Part shown: positions 1 through 9,455 of the stretch, in pieces
How positions within the stretch are numbered: the stretch's first letter is position 1
Layout: every line of letters begins with the position of its first letter
Origin: a virus
Reading direction: 5' to 3' (one strand)
Virus record (IMG/VR): IMGVR_UViG_3300002461_000323
Coordinates: 1 to 64,000 of that record
Length of the DNA stretch: 64,000 nucleotides
Program-made: the position numbers and the translations under genes
Notes under the pieces: generated by a model
Databases searched by the model: none
What the model saw: only the letters and a program-made list of their open reading frames with translations
What the model was told of the DNA's origin: nothing

Positions 1-1
1 C

Positions 2-178
2 GGCTCGCCCGCGCTAGCAAAGGACTGGGCTCATGCTGCCGCTAGGGGCGTACTTGCAGACCTGACAGACCGGGGCGGGATTAAGCACACGTTAGACAAC
101 ATTGATGAAGAGATTCGCGTAGAGATTGTCGATTCGTTGGCTGACATCATTCGCGCTGCGTTCAAGGAACAGCCATGA
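2..178 (+). CDS. hypothetical phage protein, 5'-truncated by window edge
   Basis: Open frame ...KDWAHAAARGVLADLTDRGGIKHTLDNIDEEIRVEIVDSLADIIRAAFKEQP*; its TGA overlaps the next ATG (ATGA). Confidence 0.6.
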   Translation, partial: GSPALAKDWAHAAARGVLADLTDRGGIKHTLDNIDEEIRVEIVDSLADIIRAAFKEQP

Positions 179-837
179 CCCCCGCCCAGGTAGCGCACAT
201 CATGCCCCCGTTGCCCAAGCCTCTCACCCTTTCTCGCGGCGATGAAGACGGCGCAATCCAACTTGGCTACACCGCCGAACAGATGCAAGCCTACGCCCGC
301 GCAGCAGTCGAAGCCGCACTGCGCGACGCACCACAGGTCGAGGGGTGGGTGCTGGTGCCGGTAGACGTTTTGAAGGCCGCATCCGAAAGTCTTGGCAGCT
401 TCGTGAGCGATCACGGGTGGGGCGACGCGGACATGCAAGCGATGGACAACCTTGATGCCTACCTCGCAGCAACTCCCAGCGCACCAACAGCGGTAGAGCC
501 TGTGCCCGATTTGATGAAGGCCCTTCCAGCACGCCCCCAACCTAAGTACATCAACGAGCAGGAGGCGATCAACCACCACCTGCTGACCAGCCCGAGTCCG
601 ACAATCAGCGACGAAGAGATCGCTGCGGCATTTGCGGGCACTGACTTCGGGCACCGCAATCACCGCGAGTTGCTGCAGGCGAGTGTGCTCAAGCGGCTGG
701 TGGACTACCACTGCGGGCACACGATCACCGAGATCATGAAGAAGATGGGCTTGATCGGAAAGACCGGCAAGCCGACCAAACGTGGGATCGCGCTGGTACG
801 TGACGCCTACGGCCACCTGATGACCGTCAGCGGTTAA
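175..837 (+). CDS. hypothetical phage protein
   Basis: 220-aa ORF coupled to the upstream stop; AAGGA upstream. Confidence 0.65.
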   Translation: MTPAQVAHIMPPLPKPLTLSRGDEDGAIQLGYTAEQMQAYARAAVEAALRDAPQVEGWVLVPVDVLKAASESLGSFVSDHGWGDADMQAMDNLDAYLAATPSAPTAVEPVPDLMKALPARPQPKYINEQEAINHHLLTSPSPTISDEEIAAAFAGTDFGHRNHRELLQASVLKRLVDYHCGHTITEIMKKMGLIGKTGKPTKRGIALVRDAYGHLMTVSG

Positions 838-850
838 CCAAGGAACGACC

Positions 851-1453
851 ATGAACGAACAAGACCCACCAGGGTCGGCCCCGCCTTGCAAGTTGTCCGA
901 GTGTCAAGGCCGCCCGCTCTGCAGCACGTGTGAGAAGACTGGCTTGCGTAGCGCTCCCGTCAGGGCTTGCGTGAGTGCAGGGGAGCACGCTAAAGTCGTG
1001 CACGACCTGGAGACCCTCTGCGACCCAGCGGGTCTTGTCCGTGAAAACGCACAACTTCGGGACACGAACGAGGGTCTGCAGCGTATGTACCGCGCCGCGA
1101 AAGCAGAGCCCCTGCAGGGCTGGGTGCTGATTGCCACTGACGCGTACGAGGCTGGGTTCGGCAAGGGCGTACAGGCGAAGAAACTGGGGCAGGAGTTCTT
1201 CAACCCCTGGGGCGATGAGCCTGGGCGGGAAGCCTGGAGCCTCGGCTACGAAATGGGCAAGCAACGAGCCGATTTTACCGAGCAGGGCACAGCTATGGTG
1301 AGGCTCAAGAACCTGTTGGCGGTCGCTCACGGCGATGGCGGCCACTACCTGGACGAACACGGGCTGGACAAGGCGTGCGCGGACGCCGAGGAAATGATTG
1401 CCAACTTCCGGGCCGAACACGCTCCTAACCCTAATCTCCCGAAAGGCTGGTGA
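851..1453 (+). CDS. hypothetical phage protein
   Basis: 200-aa ORF with AAGGA RBS; Cys-rich N-terminus. Confidence 0.6.
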   Translation: MNEQDPPGSAPPCKLSECQGRPLCSTCEKTGLRSAPVRACVSAGEHAKVVHDLETLCDPAGLVRENAQLRDTNEGLQRMYRAAKAEPLQGWVLIATDAYEAGFGKGVQAKKLGQEFFNPWGDEPGREAWSLGYEMGKQRADFTEQGTAMVRLKNLLAVAHGDGGHYLDEHGLDKACADAEEMIANFRAEHAPNPNLPKGW

Positions 1454-1689
1454 TCATGCGCTGGATTTTTAGCTACTGGCGGTTCCGCCTAGAAGAGTGG
1501 TTCTGCCGCCATCGGACGATGAAGGTCATCCGCTTCCACGAGAAGGTCGTGTTCGACGACATGGTGGGCAAGGAGCTTTACATCGACCGGCTGAACGTGC
1601 ACTGCTTTGTCGCCTGCGCCCACTGTGGCAAGGTGTTCCCGACCAAGCAGTGGGAACGACTCTACGAACAGAGGGCTGACCGTGAGTGA
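1450..1689 (+). CDS. hypothetical protein (CxxC)
   Basis: GTGA overlap with previous gene; CAHCGK motif. Confidence 0.5.
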   Translation: MIMRWIFSYWRFRLEEWFCRHRTMKVIRFHEKVVFDDMVGKELYIDRLNVHCFVACAHCGKVFPTKQWERLYEQRADRE

Positions 1690-2020
1690 CACCCATCAAG
1701 CGATCTACGACGCTGTTCGTAGCCGGGTGAGCACCTGCGACACCCACGAGGCGATTCAGAGCGCGGTGCGAGAGGCGTTCTCCAGCGTCTACCACGCCGT
1801 GCAATCAGTTGCACAGGAGTTCTCATGCGCAGCCTACGAGCAGCAGCGTCCGAGCGTGCTCTACCGTCCGGCGATCGAGCGGGTAGGCGATACCTGGGTG
1901 GCCTCATACTCCGGAGTCCGTGTAGCCGGTGGTACTCCGGCCCTCGCCATGACCGAATTCGATAGAAAGTGGAACAGCCATGACTACCAGCAGCCGCAAG
2001 ACCTTCCCCGAAGCGGGTAA
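1682..2020 (+). CDS. hypothetical phage protein
   Basis: GTG start after GAGGG; frame of track ORF 1607-2020. Confidence 0.55.
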   Translation: MSDTHQAIYDAVRSRVSTCDTHEAIQSAVREAFSSVYHAVQSVAQEFSCAAYEQQRPSVLYRPAIERVGDTWVASYSGVRVAGGTPALAMTEFDRKWNSHDYQQPQDLPRSG

Positions 2021-2192
2021 CCACCCAGAGGCCCACAACCCGAAGATCAATCCCAAGGGCGGGATCGACTTCGACGCCCAGGACTCGGTCTTCGGAGTGG
2101 AGATCAGGGAAGACAACTCCGACTGGGCGTGGCTTCAGTGGGAACAGGAAGTGCAACCGACCGACAAGGTCATCATCAAGGACAGCAAATGA
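1980..2192 (+). CDS. hypothetical protein
   Basis: 70-aa ORF; stop overlaps next ATG. Confidence 0.5.
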   Translation: MTTSSRKTFPEAGNHPEAHNPKINPKGGIDFDAQDSVFGVEIREDNSDWAWLQWEQEVQPTDKVIIKDSK

Positions 2193-2608
2193 GTGCGACC
2201 CAGACCGACATCAAAGTGGCCCAACTTCTCCAGCCGTTGGCCGCTGGACTCGAAGACATCATCAAGGAGCAGGTTGGCAAGAAGACCTGCTTTGCGCTCA
2301 TGGTGTTCACCGACGGCCGTACCCAGTACGTGAGCAACGCCAACCGCGACGACATCACCGTGGCGTTGGAGAACCTGCTTGGCCGCTGGAAGGTCAACAA
2401 GCAGGAGGTGCAGAGCCCTCTGGCCGAGATCATGGTCGATCCGGTCGAGAAGATCGACACCCCGGTTGGCCCTCTCTTGTGGTTCGATGTGCGCGAGAAG
2501 ATCAAACTCGCCGACGACTTCCAGACGCTGCTCGACAACTACACCAAGGGCACGACCAGCCTGCAGGAGCTTGAAGATCAGGTGCTGCTTCTGCGCTCGA
2601 AGAAATAG
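2189..2608 (+). CDS. hypothetical phage protein
   Basis: ATG at 2189 with AAGGA RBS; codon usage typical of the genome. Confidence 0.65.
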   Translation: MSATQTDIKVAQLLQPLAAGLEDIIKEQVGKKTCFALMVFTDGRTQYVSNANRDDITVALENLLGRWKVNKQEVQSPLAEIMVDPVEKIDTPVGPLLWFDVREKIKLADDFQTLLDNYTKGTTSLQELEDQVLLLRSKK

Positions 2609-2630
2609 GTGAAGATTGTTCGGAGAGTTG

Positions 2631-2658
2631 TTGACAAACTAACCGACAGTGTTATAAT
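2631..2658 (+). promoter_or_regulatory. sigma70-type early promoter
   Basis: TTGACA-16-TATAAT. Confidence 0.85.
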
Positions 2659-2709
2659 TGATTCATGGCAAGCAGATGGTCTGCTGGCTTCAACCGCAAG
2701 GAGTGCATC

Positions 2710-2937
2710 ATGAATACAGCCCAAATTCTTCACACCGAAGTCGTTCAGCGTGGCAACAGCGTTTACGGTGTGTTCACGGTCGCCAGCGCCTCGAATCCTT
2801 CGAAGGCCTACCGCGTGGACGTGACGAATGGCCGCTGCTCATGCCCTGGTTGGACTCACGCCAAGCCTGTGAACGGCGTCCGCCCGTTGTGCAAGCACCT
2901 GCGGTCGATCGGCTACTCCGAGAACACCACCCACTGA
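2710..2937 (+). CDS. SWIM zinc-finger protein
   Basis: YRV...CSCPGW...CKHL (CxC-xn-CxH); AGGAG RBS. Confidence 0.75.
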   Translation: MNTAQILHTEVVQRGNSVYGVFTVASASNPSKAYRVDVTNGRCSCPGWTHAKPVNGVRPLCKHLRSIGYSENTTH

Positions 2938-2986
2938 ACTGCAACTGATTGCACAGGCTGTGGGTGGCAGCCTGTACAATGATCTG

Positions 2987-3289
2987 ATGGACAAAGAACC
3001 GATGATCAAAATAAAGCTGGCGATCTCCGATGAGGAGCACTCGTTGCTGGTGGCCGCCCTCGGGGGCTTTCAAATGCCGGGCGCAAAGAACTGGGGCTGG
3101 ACGAACTCGCTCCCTTCTTACCCCGACAACGAGGCGTGTCTGCGCGACCTCGTTGTACGTGAACTCATGATCGAGGGCAAGGCCTGCACAGGCGGCAACC
3201 TCTTTCATGTCACACGCAAGGGCTGTGAGTTGCTTGGCATGCCCGAGCACCGCATGGAACTTGCACTCGATCCCCGCCACCGCATCTGA
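2987..3289 (+). CDS. hypothetical protein
   Basis: ORF filling the gap before thyX; start uncertain (2987 or 3002). Confidence 0.5.
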   Translation: MDKEPMIKIKLAISDEEHSLLVAALGGFQMPGAKNWGWTNSLPSYPDNEACLRDLVVRELMIEGKACTGGNLFHVTRKGCELLGMPEHRMELALDPRHRI

Positions 3290-3296
3290 GGTTCCC

Positions 3297-4256
3297 ATGG
3301 AAGTAGACGTTCAAGTTCAAGGCAAAGCCGCGTTCGCCAAAGTTCTCTCGCACTCGATCAATCCGGACGGCCACGAACTGCTGACCTTCCAGTTGAAATA
3401 TCCGAGGATCATCCACTCGGAGTTCATGACTCACCGGGAGAAGAGTCGGAGTGCAAGCTCCAGCCGCGCCATCCCGGTTGACCGCATGCTCGCGGAAGTC
3501 CGATGCGATCCGGCGATGCCGGTCTCCTGGGGTAAGAACCAGTCGGGCATGCAGGCGGGTGAGGAGATCAGCACCGAGGTTGCCCTCCCAGACCACTTGG
3601 AAGCCTCGTTTGCACGGTACCTGAAGTACGAGATCGGAGCCAAGTACCGGATAGAGCAGACGACGCGTGTCACGTACATGCCTCCAGAGTCGTTCTGGCG
3701 TTTCAGCGCCTGGGTGGCTGCCGGGCTGTCGAACGCGTATTCGGATGCGGGCTACCACAAGCAGATCGCCAATCGGTTGACCGAGCCCTTCCAGTACATT
3801 TCGGTGGTCACGACCTCCACCGGTGCAGAGTTGAAGCACTTCTACGGCCTGCGTGATCACCACATGGCCGATCCGACGATCGAAGACCTGGCGAAGGCCA
3901 TGCGTGCAGCCCAAGCCCTGAGCATCCCTCGGCCATTGAATTGGGGCGAGTGGCACTTGCCGTACGCTACCGAAGACCTGGATGCGTACACGCAGATCGG
4001 CAAGGTCATGGTCTCGACCGCCCGGTGCGCTCGCGTGAGCTACAACCGGCACGACGGCGAGCCCGCGAGCGTGAACGCCGACTTCGACCTCCACAACCGT
4101 CTGGTGAAGTCCGAGCCCCAGCACGCCAGCCCGGCAGAACATCCGGCTATCGCCCTGCGCGGCCGGTACGCGAACTTCGAAGGCTTCTGCTCCTACCGGT
4201 GGCAGTTGGAGCACGGGGTGTTTTTCAACCAAGTGAATGGAGTCAACCATGAGTGA
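3297..4256 (+). CDS. thyX: flavin-dependent thymidylate synthase (ThyX-like)
   Basis: EFMTHREKSRSASSSRAIP (THRx7S motif), QIANRLTEPF, ARCARVSY, HASPAEH; GAGGT RBS. Confidence 0.8.
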   Translation: MEVDVQVQGKAAFAKVLSHSINPDGHELLTFQLKYPRIIHSEFMTHREKSRSASSSRAIPVDRMLAEVRCDPAMPVSWGKNQSGMQAGEEISTEVALPDHLEASFARYLKYEIGAKYRIEQTTRVTYMPPESFWRFSAWVAAGLSNAYSDAGYHKQIANRLTEPFQYISVVTTSTGAELKHFYGLRDHHMADPTIEDLAKAMRAAQALSIPRPLNWGEWHLPYATEDLDAYTQIGKVMVSTARCARVSYNRHDGEPASVNADFDLHNRLVKSEPQHASPAEHPAIALRGRYANFEGFCSYRWQLEHGVFFNQVNGVNHE

Positions 4257-4833
4257 ACTGATCCAGAAAATCCAGATGGCCCAACGCGATGCCGCCGAGC
4301 AGGTGGTGATCGACGACCTGCGTGCCAAGGGCCTGCTCCCGGGTGAGCCTGCGCCCGTCGAGGTCCAGAACGTGATCAACCGAGAGCCCGAAGTCGGCAC
4401 CACCGGCCAGACGATCGATCCGCAGGGTGTTGACCACCCCAAGCACTACAACGTGCACCCCTCGGGCATCGAAGTCATCGAGATCGTCCGGCACATGAGC
4501 TTCAACGTCGGCAGCGCGTTCAAGTACATGGCCCGCCTGGGCGAGAAGGTCGAGCCCGGTCTGACGGCCAAGGAGTCGAAGATCAAGGACCTGAAGAAGG
4601 TCGTCTGGTACCTGGCCGACGAGATCGCGAACTTCAAGAGCGGTACCCAGATGGCGGTCAAGCCACGGAACAAGCTGACGACGTTCATGGCGACCGAGAA
4701 CGACTTCCTGACCCAGCAGTTCTACGGCGCGATTTTGGGCCATGCCCAGGACGGCGACATGGACTCCCTCGACTATGCGCGCTCCTGTGCCAACTCCAAA
4801 ATCGAAGAAGTCTCGGCCAGCACCGACGACTGA
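4249..4833 (+). CDS. DUF3310-family protein (putative nucleotide kinase)
   Basis: VDHPKHY..SGIEVIEIV...F..G.AFKY..R...K...DLKKVVWYL signature. Confidence 0.75.
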   Translation: MSELIQKIQMAQRDAAEQVVIDDLRAKGLLPGEPAPVEVQNVINREPEVGTTGQTIDPQGVDHPKHYNVHPSGIEVIEIVRHMSFNVGSAFKYMARLGEKVEPGLTAKESKIKDLKKVVWYLADEIANFKSGTQMAVKPRNKLTTFMATENDFLTQQFYGAILGHAQDGDMDSLDYARSCANSKIEEVSASTDD

Positions 4834-4990
4834 GCAATTGATCGACCGGCTGTGGGAGCAACGACTCACGGCCGGGGATCGGCAACTACTGGTCGAACTC
4901 AAAGACCAGGTGGATGAAGGGCAGTCTCTGCGCCCAACCCAAGAGCGTGACCTGCAGGCGCTCGCAAACGAGTACTCCGTGGCAGCTTGA
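4775..4990 (+). CDS. hypothetical protein
   Basis: Short ORF overlapping the DUF3310 3' end; start uncertain. Confidence 0.35.
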   Translation: MRAPVPTPKSKKSRPAPTTEQLIDRLWEQRLTAGDRQLLVELKDQVDEGQSLRPTQERDLQALANEYSVAA

Positions 4991-5015
4991 CAAACTGACC
5001 GACCGGGGTTAAAAT
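4987..5015 (+). promoter_or_regulatory. sigma70-type early promoter
   Basis: TTGACA-17-TAAAAT followed by a leader with GCAATGGAGTGCA. Confidence 0.85.
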
Positions 5016-5045
5016 AGAGGCTCAACATCAGCAATGGAGTGCACG

Positions 5046-5267
5046 ATGCGAAAGTACAGTCCCAAGGACTTCCAGTTCCTTCCCAAGCCGAGGATCACCA
5101 GAGTGGTCAAGCGCTACGGCACAGTCGTTTACACCTGGCTCTGCCAGTGCGACAGCGGCAGCCGTGGGTACGGGACTACCCCAGAACACGCGTACGCCAA
5201 GTGGCTTCGGTCCTGGCAGCGGCGCAAGGCCTGGTACGCCCGCCCCCACGGCTGGAGCACACCATGA
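5046..5267 (+). CDS. hypothetical protein
   Basis: First ORF after the promoter; GGAG RBS. Confidence 0.6.
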   Translation: MRKYSPKDFQFLPKPRITRVVKRYGTVVYTWLCQCDSGSRGYGTTPEHAYAKWLRSWQRRKAWYARPHGWSTP

Positions 5268-6478
5268 GCTACACCCCCGATTTCGAGCGCGTGCCCTTCT
5301 ACCGGGCTGCCGGCGTCGAGTACACGTACGTGCACCCCCGCGAGTTCAAAATCCCGTACCGCCAGCGCATGGAGAAGATGGCTCTCACGTACATGCAGAC
5401 CGCTCGGGACATGCAGAAAGTTCACACTGCCTCGTACGGTAGGACTTACGATCCCGCCTTTACTGACGGGTACGAAGACGCGATGGAGATCGTGCACCGT
5501 GGCTTGTTCCACAAGGACCCGGGGTGCGTAGAGTACAGTACGCCAGTTTGCGCTGACTGGGACGAACTTCGCATGCAGTTCGACTACGGTCTCGCAGTCG
5601 CTGAAGCCCACGATCTGCGTTTGCAGACAGAGAACGTGTGCTCGGGCATGGGCCACGTGAACATCGGAGTCACCCCCCAGGAAGCCGGGAGAGTGCTGTT
5701 CGACGTCCAGGAGCGTCCGTACCTGGCCCTCGCCTTCTGCCGCCCTCCCGAACTCTGCACGTGCCCACCGTCGATCACGCAGTCCGAGTCCTACCGTGAT
5801 CGCGGGTACAACCCGAGCATCCGCCCGAAGGAGAGCGAGAAGTACCTGGACATCAGTTATCAGCGGTCTGAGAGCCGGGACTTCGGCGACCGCATCGAGT
5901 TTCGGATGTTCAGCAGCCCAGAAGACTGGGAGGAGTCGGCTGGTCACGTGGCGCTTGCTCAGCGGTACACGCAGTTCGCGAGTAGACGCCGCGAGGGCAG
6001 AGCGGTGTCTCACTCAGACTTTGTCGAGCAGATAACCAAGCGCTTCTACTACGTCAAGGACTGCATCGCCGAGTTCAAGCTGTTCGTCGAGGAAATGCGC
6101 TTGCCCTGGTCGTACTACGGCCGGTATGTGCCGTGGCTGAAGCTCAACCACGCGAAAATGTACGACGAACTGGACACGGACCTCAGTTACCAGCGGTCTA
6201 CCGATTTCACCTTCTCTTTGAGGCAAGTACACCATGCAGTCAAGCTCGCCAGTCAAAACGCACAAAGTCGTGGACCTGAGGACGTCGGAGTCCCGGATGG
6301 AGGGATCGTTGAGTCAGTGCATGTCCTCAGCGGACACGTGGAACAAGGGGTACCGGCCTTTCAGGTTCCAAGTTCAACGACTGCCTCCACATCCCCCCAA
6401 GTTCTCAGCAGGATCACCCGCCGCACGCCCACCCAGTACATCAGGCACATCAATCGTGAAGGGTGGCACACCTTATAA
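5264..6478 (+). CDS. putative amidoligase (COOH-NH2 ligase, glutamine-synthetase-like fold)
   Basis: Ordered motifs GVEY, DPGCVEYSTP, CSGMGHVNIG, RIEFR; GGAG RBS before ATG 5264. Confidence 0.6.
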   Translation: MSYTPDFERVPFYRAAGVEYTYVHPREFKIPYRQRMEKMALTYMQTARDMQKVHTASYGRTYDPAFTDGYEDAMEIVHRGLFHKDPGCVEYSTPVCADWDELRMQFDYGLAVAEAHDLRLQTENVCSGMGHVNIGVTPQEAGRVLFDVQERPYLALAFCRPPELCTCPPSITQSESYRDRGYNPSIRPKESEKYLDISYQRSESRDFGDRIEFRMFSSPEDWEESAGHVALAQRYTQFASRRREGRAVSHSDFVEQITKRFYYVKDCIAEFKLFVEEMRLPWSYYGRYVPWLKLNHAKMYDELDTDLSYQRSTDFTFSLRQVHHAVKLASQNAQSRGPEDVGVPDGGIVESVHVLSGHVEQGVPAFQVPSSTTASTSPQVLSRITRRTPTQYIRHINREGWHTL

Positions 6479-6647
6479 GTCCGAGGGCGTGCTCAAAGCC
6501 AAGTACGTCACGCACGGCGGGACCGCCAAGCCGGTTCAGCAGTACACGGGCGACAAGGTGGTCGGGATTGCGGTCATGCACAAGTCGTGTCTGCAGCCGA
6601 TCTTCAACAACGAGCAGGCGGTTGACTCCGCGCACATGAGGCGATGA
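6234..6647 (+). CDS. conserved phage hypothetical protein
   Basis: C-terminal YTGDKVVGIAVMHKSCLQPIF...AHMRR resembles a motif recalled from other phage proteins; true start may be GTG 6456. Confidence 0.55.
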   Translation: MQSSSPVKTHKVVDLRTSESRMEGSLSQCMSSADTWNKGYRPFRFQVQRLPPHPPKFSAGSPAARPPSTSGTSIVKGGTPYKSEGVLKAKYVTHGGTAKPVQQYTGDKVVGIAVMHKSCLQPIFNNEQAVDSAHMRR

Positions 6648-6648
6648 C

Positions 6649-6894
6649 ATGAGCGACATCTTTGACCACGAGGGTGATGCCTGGGAACACGCGTTTGCCG
6701 GGGAACAGGACAGCCCGCGCAATCAATTGCACTCCAAGTGCAGGTACTGCCAGGCCGGGGCACTTCTCTGGAAGAAGCTGGACGGCAAGTGGAGGCTGCA
6801 CACAGCGGAAGGAGCAGCCCACGTGTGCAAGCCCTACCACAACCTTACGGCCGCACTGGCTAAAAGCCGAGAAATCAAGAAAGCCCTCAAATGA
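6649..6894 (+). CDS. hypothetical protein (CxxC/HxC)
   Basis: 81-aa ORF; GAGG RBS. Confidence 0.6.
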   Translation: MSDIFDHEGDAWEHAFAGEQDSPRNQLHSKCRYCQAGALLWKKLDGKWRLHTAEGAAHVCKPYHNLTAALAKSREIKKALK

Positions 6895-7274
6895 ACGTAA
6901 AGCAGTTTCTGGACAGCCCAAGAGTCACCAACTATTGGTGTACCCACCGGACCCTCAACGTGTACCTGCGGAAGAGCATGCGAAATCTCGACGGCCAGCA
7001 CGTTCTGACGATCGACATCGCTAACCTCACGAACACCTCCAGCCGAGGTCAGGGCGACTTCTGGGCACTCCTGGTCTTCCTGATGGTCCACGCCCCCAAG
7101 GAGTTCGGGGCTTTCTACATCGAGAACGTGCAGAACAAGACGCTCGCCCGATCGCTGAAGCTCGAAGGCTGGAACGTGATCGAGAACTCTGGCTCGGATG
7201 TTCCCTGGCCTGACAGCTTCTACCACCTCCGAATAGTGCGTGAGGTGTTGACAAACGAGACGACTGTGCTATAA
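6891..7274 (+). CDS. hypothetical protein, possible GNAT-fold acetyltransferase
   Basis: IDIANL..SRGQGDF..LL resembles GNAT motif A; FYIENVQN...LKLEGW. Confidence 0.4.
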   Translation: MNVKQFLDSPRVTNYWCTHRTLNVYLRKSMRNLDGQHVLTIDIANLTNTSSRGQGDFWALLVFLMVHAPKEFGAFYIENVQNKTLARSLKLEGWNVIENSGSDVPWPDSFYHLRIVREVLTNETTVL

Positions 7275-7275
7275 T
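7248..7275 (+). promoter_or_regulatory. sigma70-type early promoter
   Basis: TTGACA-16-TATAAT with TG extension; leader CAACAACGCAATGGAGTGCA. Confidence 0.85.
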
Positions 7276-7307
7276 CAAGACTTCAACAACGCAATGGAGT
7301 GCATCAG

Positions 7308-7682
7308 ATGGTCACCTTAGTTCAATCCCAACTGCTTGGAACCCTCGGCAAGTCGATCACCGGCTACACGCTGCTCAACGCAGAAGCCAGGGCAGCCGCC
7401 AACCCCAAGACCTTCCATATCCCCACGCTGGCCGAGCGCCGCGACGTCTTCCCGGGTGAGCTTGTGAAGATCGGCTTCGAACTCGTGGGTGGCCCTGCCG
7501 GTGGCCCGAACGCCGAGCGCATGTGGGTGATCGTTGGCCGCCGTGAGGAGAAGGCCGGGGTCATCAGCTACGCGGGCACTCTCGACAACGACCCAGCGGT
7601 GTTCCCGAAGAACGTGCTCAAGTGCGGCGACCGCATCGAGTTCTCGCCCGCGCACATCCTGACGATCGGCGCACCAGAATGA
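7308..7682 (+). CDS. DUF2314/YegJ-like protein
   Basis: ERMWV....YAGTLDNDP....GDRIEF...HI pattern. Confidence 0.5.
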   Translation: MVTLVQSQLLGTLGKSITGYTLLNAEARAAANPKTFHIPTLAERRDVFPGELVKIGFELVGGPAGGPNAERMWVIVGRREEKAGVISYAGTLDNDPAVFPKNVLKCGDRIEFSPAHILTIGAPE

Positions 7683-8611
7683 GCGACCTCCGCGCACTCA
7701 CCCTGGCTGCTCAAGACAGCCTGCAGGAGTCCGACCTCCCGAAGCTGAAGTTCCCGGTGCTCGTCAGCCCGAAGATCGACGGCTACCGCGTGGGCGTGCA
7801 GTCTCTCCAGCGGGCGCTCAGCCGGAGCATGAAGCCCGTGGCAAACCGCTACGTGGACAAGCTGCTCTGCCAACTGCCAGCCGGGTTCGACGGCGAACTC
7901 ACGGTCGGCCCGGCCTGGGCAGACGACGTGTTCAACACCACGGGTTCGGCCATGCGTACGGCGATCGGCGAGCCTCAGTTCGTGCTCAACACGTTCGACC
8001 GCCTGGACCTGCCCGGTCAGCCCTACGAGGAGCGGCTGCACCGAACGACGATCGCCGCGAACAGTCTGGGCTACGAGTGGCTGACGCCGCTGGAGCACTT
8101 TCGCTGCGACACCCCGGAGCAAGTGCTGGCGTGGGAGAACAAGTGGGTGGCGATGGGCTACGAGGGACTGATGGTCCGCTCACCGACTGCCCTGTATCTG
8201 GAGGGTCGATCCGGCTACCAGCAAGGCCGTGCCAAGCCCGGGGCGCTGCTCGACGGCGTGCTCATGCGGTTCAAACGCTTCTACACCAGCGAGTTCCGGG
8301 TGCTCGAAGTGCTGCAGGGCATGAAGAACAACAACGTGGCGACCAAGAACCCGCTTGGACGGACGACCCGGACGACCCACGCCGAGAACCTGATCCCGAG
8401 CGGACTCTGCGGTGGATTCGCCGCCGAGGACATTGTGACCGGCCAACGGTTCTCGGTGGCCCCCGGCAAGATGACGCACGAGCAATCGGCGGAAGTCTGG
8501 TGCAATCGATTGCAGTACATCGGCAAGATCGGCACCTACCGGTTCGACAAGAAAGGCGGGTACCTCCTGCCACGATTCCCAACCTTCCAGGGATGGCGCG
8601 ACGATCTTTGA
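7679..8611 (+). CDS. ATP-dependent DNA ligase
   Basis: Motif I SPKIDGYR, III FDGEL, IIIa NTFD, IV YEGLMVR, V RFK, VI PRFPTF. Confidence 0.9.
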   Translation: MSDLRALTLAAQDSLQESDLPKLKFPVLVSPKIDGYRVGVQSLQRALSRSMKPVANRYVDKLLCQLPAGFDGELTVGPAWADDVFNTTGSAMRTAIGEPQFVLNTFDRLDLPGQPYEERLHRTTIAANSLGYEWLTPLEHFRCDTPEQVLAWENKWVAMGYEGLMVRSPTALYLEGRSGYQQGRAKPGALLDGVLMRFKRFYTSEFRVLEVLQGMKNNNVATKNPLGRTTRTTHAENLIPSGLCGGFAAEDIVTGQRFSVAPGKMTHEQSAEVWCNRLQYIGKIGTYRFDKKGGYLLPRFPTFQGWRDDL

Positions 8612-8640
8612 TCGCCCACCCCCCACAAAGAAAGACCACC

Positions 8641-9300
8641 ATGCCACGTATCACTTACGGCCCCATGATCGACCAGCAGTTCCCGACGGTCAAATGGACC
8701 GGCTCGTCCGACGTTCACCGCTCAGTCGCCCGCTACGCTGGGGTGTCCAGCTACGGTCGGGACTACCAGCGCCAGCTTTCGATGGACATCATCATCGGAG
8801 GGGCTGCTCAGCGCATCTGGCAGGGTCTCCGCACCGAGTTCCAGGGCATGGACTGGATCGTCAAGGGCAAGGAGTTTGAGAACCTGATCACCGTTGACCT
8901 GATCCGGCACGTCTACGGGGAGGGTGATTCGTACACGAAGAACAAGCTGAAGAACCCGCGCACCGGCAACGTCTTCCACCAGATTGCGTTCAAGGAGGAG
9001 ACGGTCTGCGGCATCCGCGTCTGGGCGCACGCTGGCGACATCGGCTTCCGTTTCCGGCTGGAACAGAAGTACGAGGCCGAGGCCGAAACCCGCGCCCGCT
9101 CAGCCAAGGCCGTGCTCGACTATGCTCAGGAGATCGAGAAGATCACCGAAGGCCTGAAGATGCCTGCGCTGACGACCGAACTCGTGCAGCAGAAGTCCAG
9201 CATGTGGCTCTCGCTCTCCCAAGTGAAATTCAAGGGCAGCAAGCCGGACTACGACGAGGATGAGGAAGACCTCGGCGAAGACGACCTGCCGACCATCTGA
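8641..9300 (+). CDS. hypothetical protein with acidic C-terminal tail
   Basis: ATG 8641; genome-typical codon usage; ends DYDEDEEDLGEDDLPTI. Confidence 0.65.
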   Translation: MPRITYGPMIDQQFPTVKWTGSSDVHRSVARYAGVSSYGRDYQRQLSMDIIIGGAAQRIWQGLRTEFQGMDWIVKGKEFENLITVDLIRHVYGEGDSYTKNKLKNPRTGNVFHQIAFKEETVCGIRVWAHAGDIGFRFRLEQKYEAEAETRARSAKAVLDYAQEIEKITEGLKMPALTTELVQQKSSMWLSLSQVKFKGSKPDYDEDEEDLGEDDLPTI

Positions 9301-9307
9301 GGCGACC

Positions 9308-9454
9308 ATGGCCCGATTCGTCATGCTTTTCAACCTGATCACCTGGTCATCCGCCTGGTGGTTTTCCCTGGACGAAGCTCCAGAACTCTCGATCAAGATT
9401 CTGCCGTTTATTGCGTTGAACGTGGCTGGCTTGATCACTTTTCCAAGGAAATGA
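9308..9454 (+). CDS. small membrane protein
   Basis: 48 aa, two hydrophobic stretches, GAGG RBS. Confidence 0.5.
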   Translation: MARFVMLFNLITWSSAWWFSLDEAPELSIKILPFIALNVAGLITFPRK

Positions 9455-9455
9455 C

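Noticed and set aside
4833-4846. Weak palindrome-like sites (also near 24623 and 49301)
   Set aside because: Two or more core mismatches; compatible with chance, so not counted
8077-8640. N-terminal extensions in the ORF track (also 5039, 10825, 15501, 52057)
   Set aside because: They overlap well-supported upstream genes or promoters; downstream ATGs fit better
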